The notes below the pieces were generated by a model. It was not told where the DNA came from and did not search any database. It saw only the letters and a list, made by a program, of their open reading frames with translations. Of a stretch of 48,571 nt of DNA, positions 46,810 through 48,571 are shown piece after piece. A program made the translations under genes and the position numbers. The DNA lies in assembly GCA_011364905.1 (NCBI GenBank), contig RDNZ01000020.1, forward strand, positions 1 through 48,571, written 5' to 3'. The DNA comes from Candidatus Thorarchaeota archaeon. Lineage in GTDB: Archaea; Asgardarchaeota; Thorarchaeia; Thorarchaeales; Thorarchaeaceae. Each line of letters opens with the position of its first letter. Within the stretch, counting starts at the first letter, position 1.

Positions 46810-47564
46810 TGGCGAGAAGAGGCCAAAAGAAGCACCTGAAACGATTACCAGCGCCAAGACACTGGCCCATAAAGAGAAAGGAAGATAAGTTCACTACACG
46901 AGTCATACCTGGACCCCATCCCAAAGAACACTGCCTCACACTTGCTATACTTCTCAGGGATGTACTCGGTTATACCGAAAACATGCGTGAAGTTCGGGCA
47001 ATGCTCTCAAGTGGTCAAGTTGTTGTCGATGGAGTCATAAGAAAGAATACCAGATTTCCAGTTGGAATCATGGATGTCGTGGAAATCACCACCTCAGGAG
47101 AGCGTTTTCGCCTCCTTCCAAAACTACGAGGCGGTCTGAGAATTGTTCGTATTGACGACTCTGAAGCCAAGTTCAAGCTATGTCGAATTGAAACAAAAAC
47201 AATGGTAAAAGGCGGCAGAGTTCAGCTTGGTCTCCATGATGGTAGGACCCTCTTGTTGCCTGAGGGGGAGAAAGCCTCAGACTATAAGACACTTGACACA
47301 TTGAAGATTGGAATACCCACACAGAAACTAATGAAAACAATCAACCTTGACAAAGGAGCATACGCTGTGGTTTCACGTGGAAAGAATGTTGGGATTGAAG
47401 GAAAAATCCTTGAAGTAGAAAAACGACTCGGAACGAATGCAAGCACTGTAACACTTCAGGATCCAGAGGGAAACAAAGTCCAGACAGCTCTTGAGTATGT
47501 CTTTGTCGTTGGAAAAAGCAAATCCGAAGTCGCTCTTGCAATCGAGGGAGGTGGTTCTGAGTGA
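46809..47564 (+). CDS. rps4e: 30S ribosomal protein eS4
   Basis: KKHLKRLPAP..W, PGPH, FPVGIMDV, LHDGR. Confidence 0.97.
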   Translation: MARRGQKKHLKRLPAPRHWPIKRKEDKFTTRVIPGPHPKEHCLTLAILLRDVLGYTENMREVRAMLSSGQVVVDGVIRKNTRFPVGIMDVVEITTSGERFRLLPKLRGGLRIVRIDDSEAKFKLCRIETKTMVKGGRVQLGLHDGRTLLLPEGEKASDYKTLDTLKIGIPTQKLMKTINLDKGAYAVVSRGKNVGIEGKILEVEKRLGTNASTVTLQDPEGNKVQTALEYVFVVGKSKSEVALAIEGGGSE

Positions 47565-48136
47565 GTATTGAGAACGAGGAGGTCTTCATAGAAGACTGGA
47601 AAGCATACCCTATGAGAGAACCCCATATCGCGAAGGTTGTCGTTGACGTCTGCACAGGTGGTGGCGAGCCGCTCACTCGGGCTGCAACCATTCTTGAGGA
47701 CCTTACTGGACAGACCCCCACACAGTCAAAAGCACGACAGACAATCCGTGACTTTGGCATCCGTAGAAGGGAACCAATTGCTGTGAGAGTCACTCTTAGG
47801 CACAAGAAAGCTGAGGAGTTCCTTGCTAGAGCACTAAAGGCGAAAGATAGCGTCTTACTGATCAAGAACTGGGACCTCGACGGGAACTTCGCATTTGGTA
47901 TTGCTGAACATATTGACATTCCAGATGTGAAATATGATCCACAATTGGGAATCCAAGGCATGAATATCACAGTATGTATTGAACGACCTGGCTTCAGAGT
48001 GAAGCGCAGGAGAAAAGGAAGGACGAAGGTACCATACAGGCATCGCCTGACTCCAGAAGAGAGCATGGTCTTCGTCAAGAACAAGTTCGGAGTCGAGATA
48101 CTCGAGAAGGAGCGCGAGCGGACATATCTGTTCTGA
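47561..48136 (+). CDS. rpl5: 50S ribosomal protein uL5
   Basis: PMREP, FGIRRREPI..VTLR, GNFAFGIAEHID, YDP.LGI.GM. Confidence 0.97.
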   Translation: MSIENEEVFIEDWKAYPMREPHIAKVVVDVCTGGGEPLTRAATILEDLTGQTPTQSKARQTIRDFGIRRREPIAVRVTLRHKKAEEFLARALKAKDSVLLIKNWDLDGNFAFGIAEHIDIPDVKYDPQLGIQGMNITVCIERPGFRVKRRRKGRTKVPYRHRLTPEESMVFVKNKFGVEILEKERERTYLF

Positions 48137-48147
48137 GGTGATTAATA

Positions 48148-48318
48148 ATGAGTGCTAAGAAAGACCGGACCAAACAACGCAAGAAAATGGGCAAAGGGAG
48201 CAGAAGATGCGTTCGCTGTGGCACACATCAGGCTATAATTCGATCATACGGCCTGAATATGTGTAGGCGCTGCTTTAGGGAAACTGCGGAGAAACTTGGT
48301 TTCCGCAAATACGAGTGA
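48148..48318 (+). CDS. rps14: 30S ribosomal protein uS14 (Zn-binding type)
   Basis: Not in ORF track. [35 protein letters not shown]; GAGGTGA RBS. Confidence 0.96.
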   Translation: MSAKKDRTKQRKKMGKGSRRCVRCGTHQAIIRSYGLNMCRRCFRETAEKLGFRKYE

Positions 48319-48334
48319 GGAGGAATAGCAGAAA

Positions 48335-48571
48335 ATGACACTACTAGACCCGTTGGCCGATGCAATGTCAAACATCTACAATAGTGAGATAGTGGGCAAA
48401 CCTGAAGTGGTGATAGCCCCGGCCTCGCGCCTGATTGAGAAAGTACTGCAGGTCATGCAATCAAAGGGATACATTGGAGAGTTTGAACGGATTGATGATG
48501 GAAAAGCTGGAAGGTTCCGTATCCAGCTCATGGGACGAACAAACAAGTGTGGTGTGATTAAACCTCGTTTC
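48335..48571 (+). CDS. rps8: 30S ribosomal protein uS8 (3' partial)
   Basis: Not in ORF track. [39 protein letters not shown]. Confidence 0.96.
   Translation, partial: MTLLDPLADAMSNIYNSEIVGKPEVVIAPASRLIEKVLQVMQSKGYIGEFERIDDGKAGRFRIQLMGRTNKCGVIKPRF

Noticed and set aside
47341-48084. 247-aa antisense ORF and the many other short antisense ORFs in the track
   Set aside because: They lie opposite well-supported genes and show no motifs.
1-48571. Selenoprotein genes, CRISPR arrays, transposases, prophage or defence genes
   Set aside because: I found no in-frame TGA at a conserved Cys position in the redox genes, no repeat-spacer pattern and no integrase or transposase motifs. This was by eye, not an exhaustive computation.

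Overview
Core-genome window of an archaeon. It is most consistent with an Asgard archaeon, possibly Thorarchaeota-like; this is inferred from the complete archaeal-type Sec machinery together with roadblock/LC7, CdvA-like and Get3-type genes, and is not phylogenetically tested. The main elements are: (1) a PfkB kinase divergent from a MoaD/SAMP - cyclic amidohydrolase - ferredoxin - tungsten AOR operon; (2) an orphan membrane histidine kinase and leuS; (3) two TFB paralogues; (4) a compact selenocysteine locus, selB-sepSecS-unknown gene-tRNA-Sec(UCA), convergent with pstK; (5) a minus-strand run of DUF47, endA, CdvA-like and small Cys-rich genes; (6) uppP, Get3/ArsA, rpo12, a radical SAM gene, aIF1, map, roadblock and GGGP synthase; (7) hdrA-mvhD fusion, hdrC, hdrB, mobA and hypD; (8) the start of the uL22...uS8 ribosomal protein operon. 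Features missing from the ORF track were read directly from the sequence: tRNA-Sec, rpo12, uS14, partial uS8, partial PfkB and two micro-membrane ORFs. The most notable observations are an uncharacterised gene inside the Sec operon (candidate missing archaeal Sec/SECIS factor), a 1-nt frameshift that detaches the conserved C-terminus of SelB, two strongly structured intergenic RNAs, and a TFIIB/cyclin-repeat-like orphan. All protein calls come from motif recognition by eye; no searches were run.
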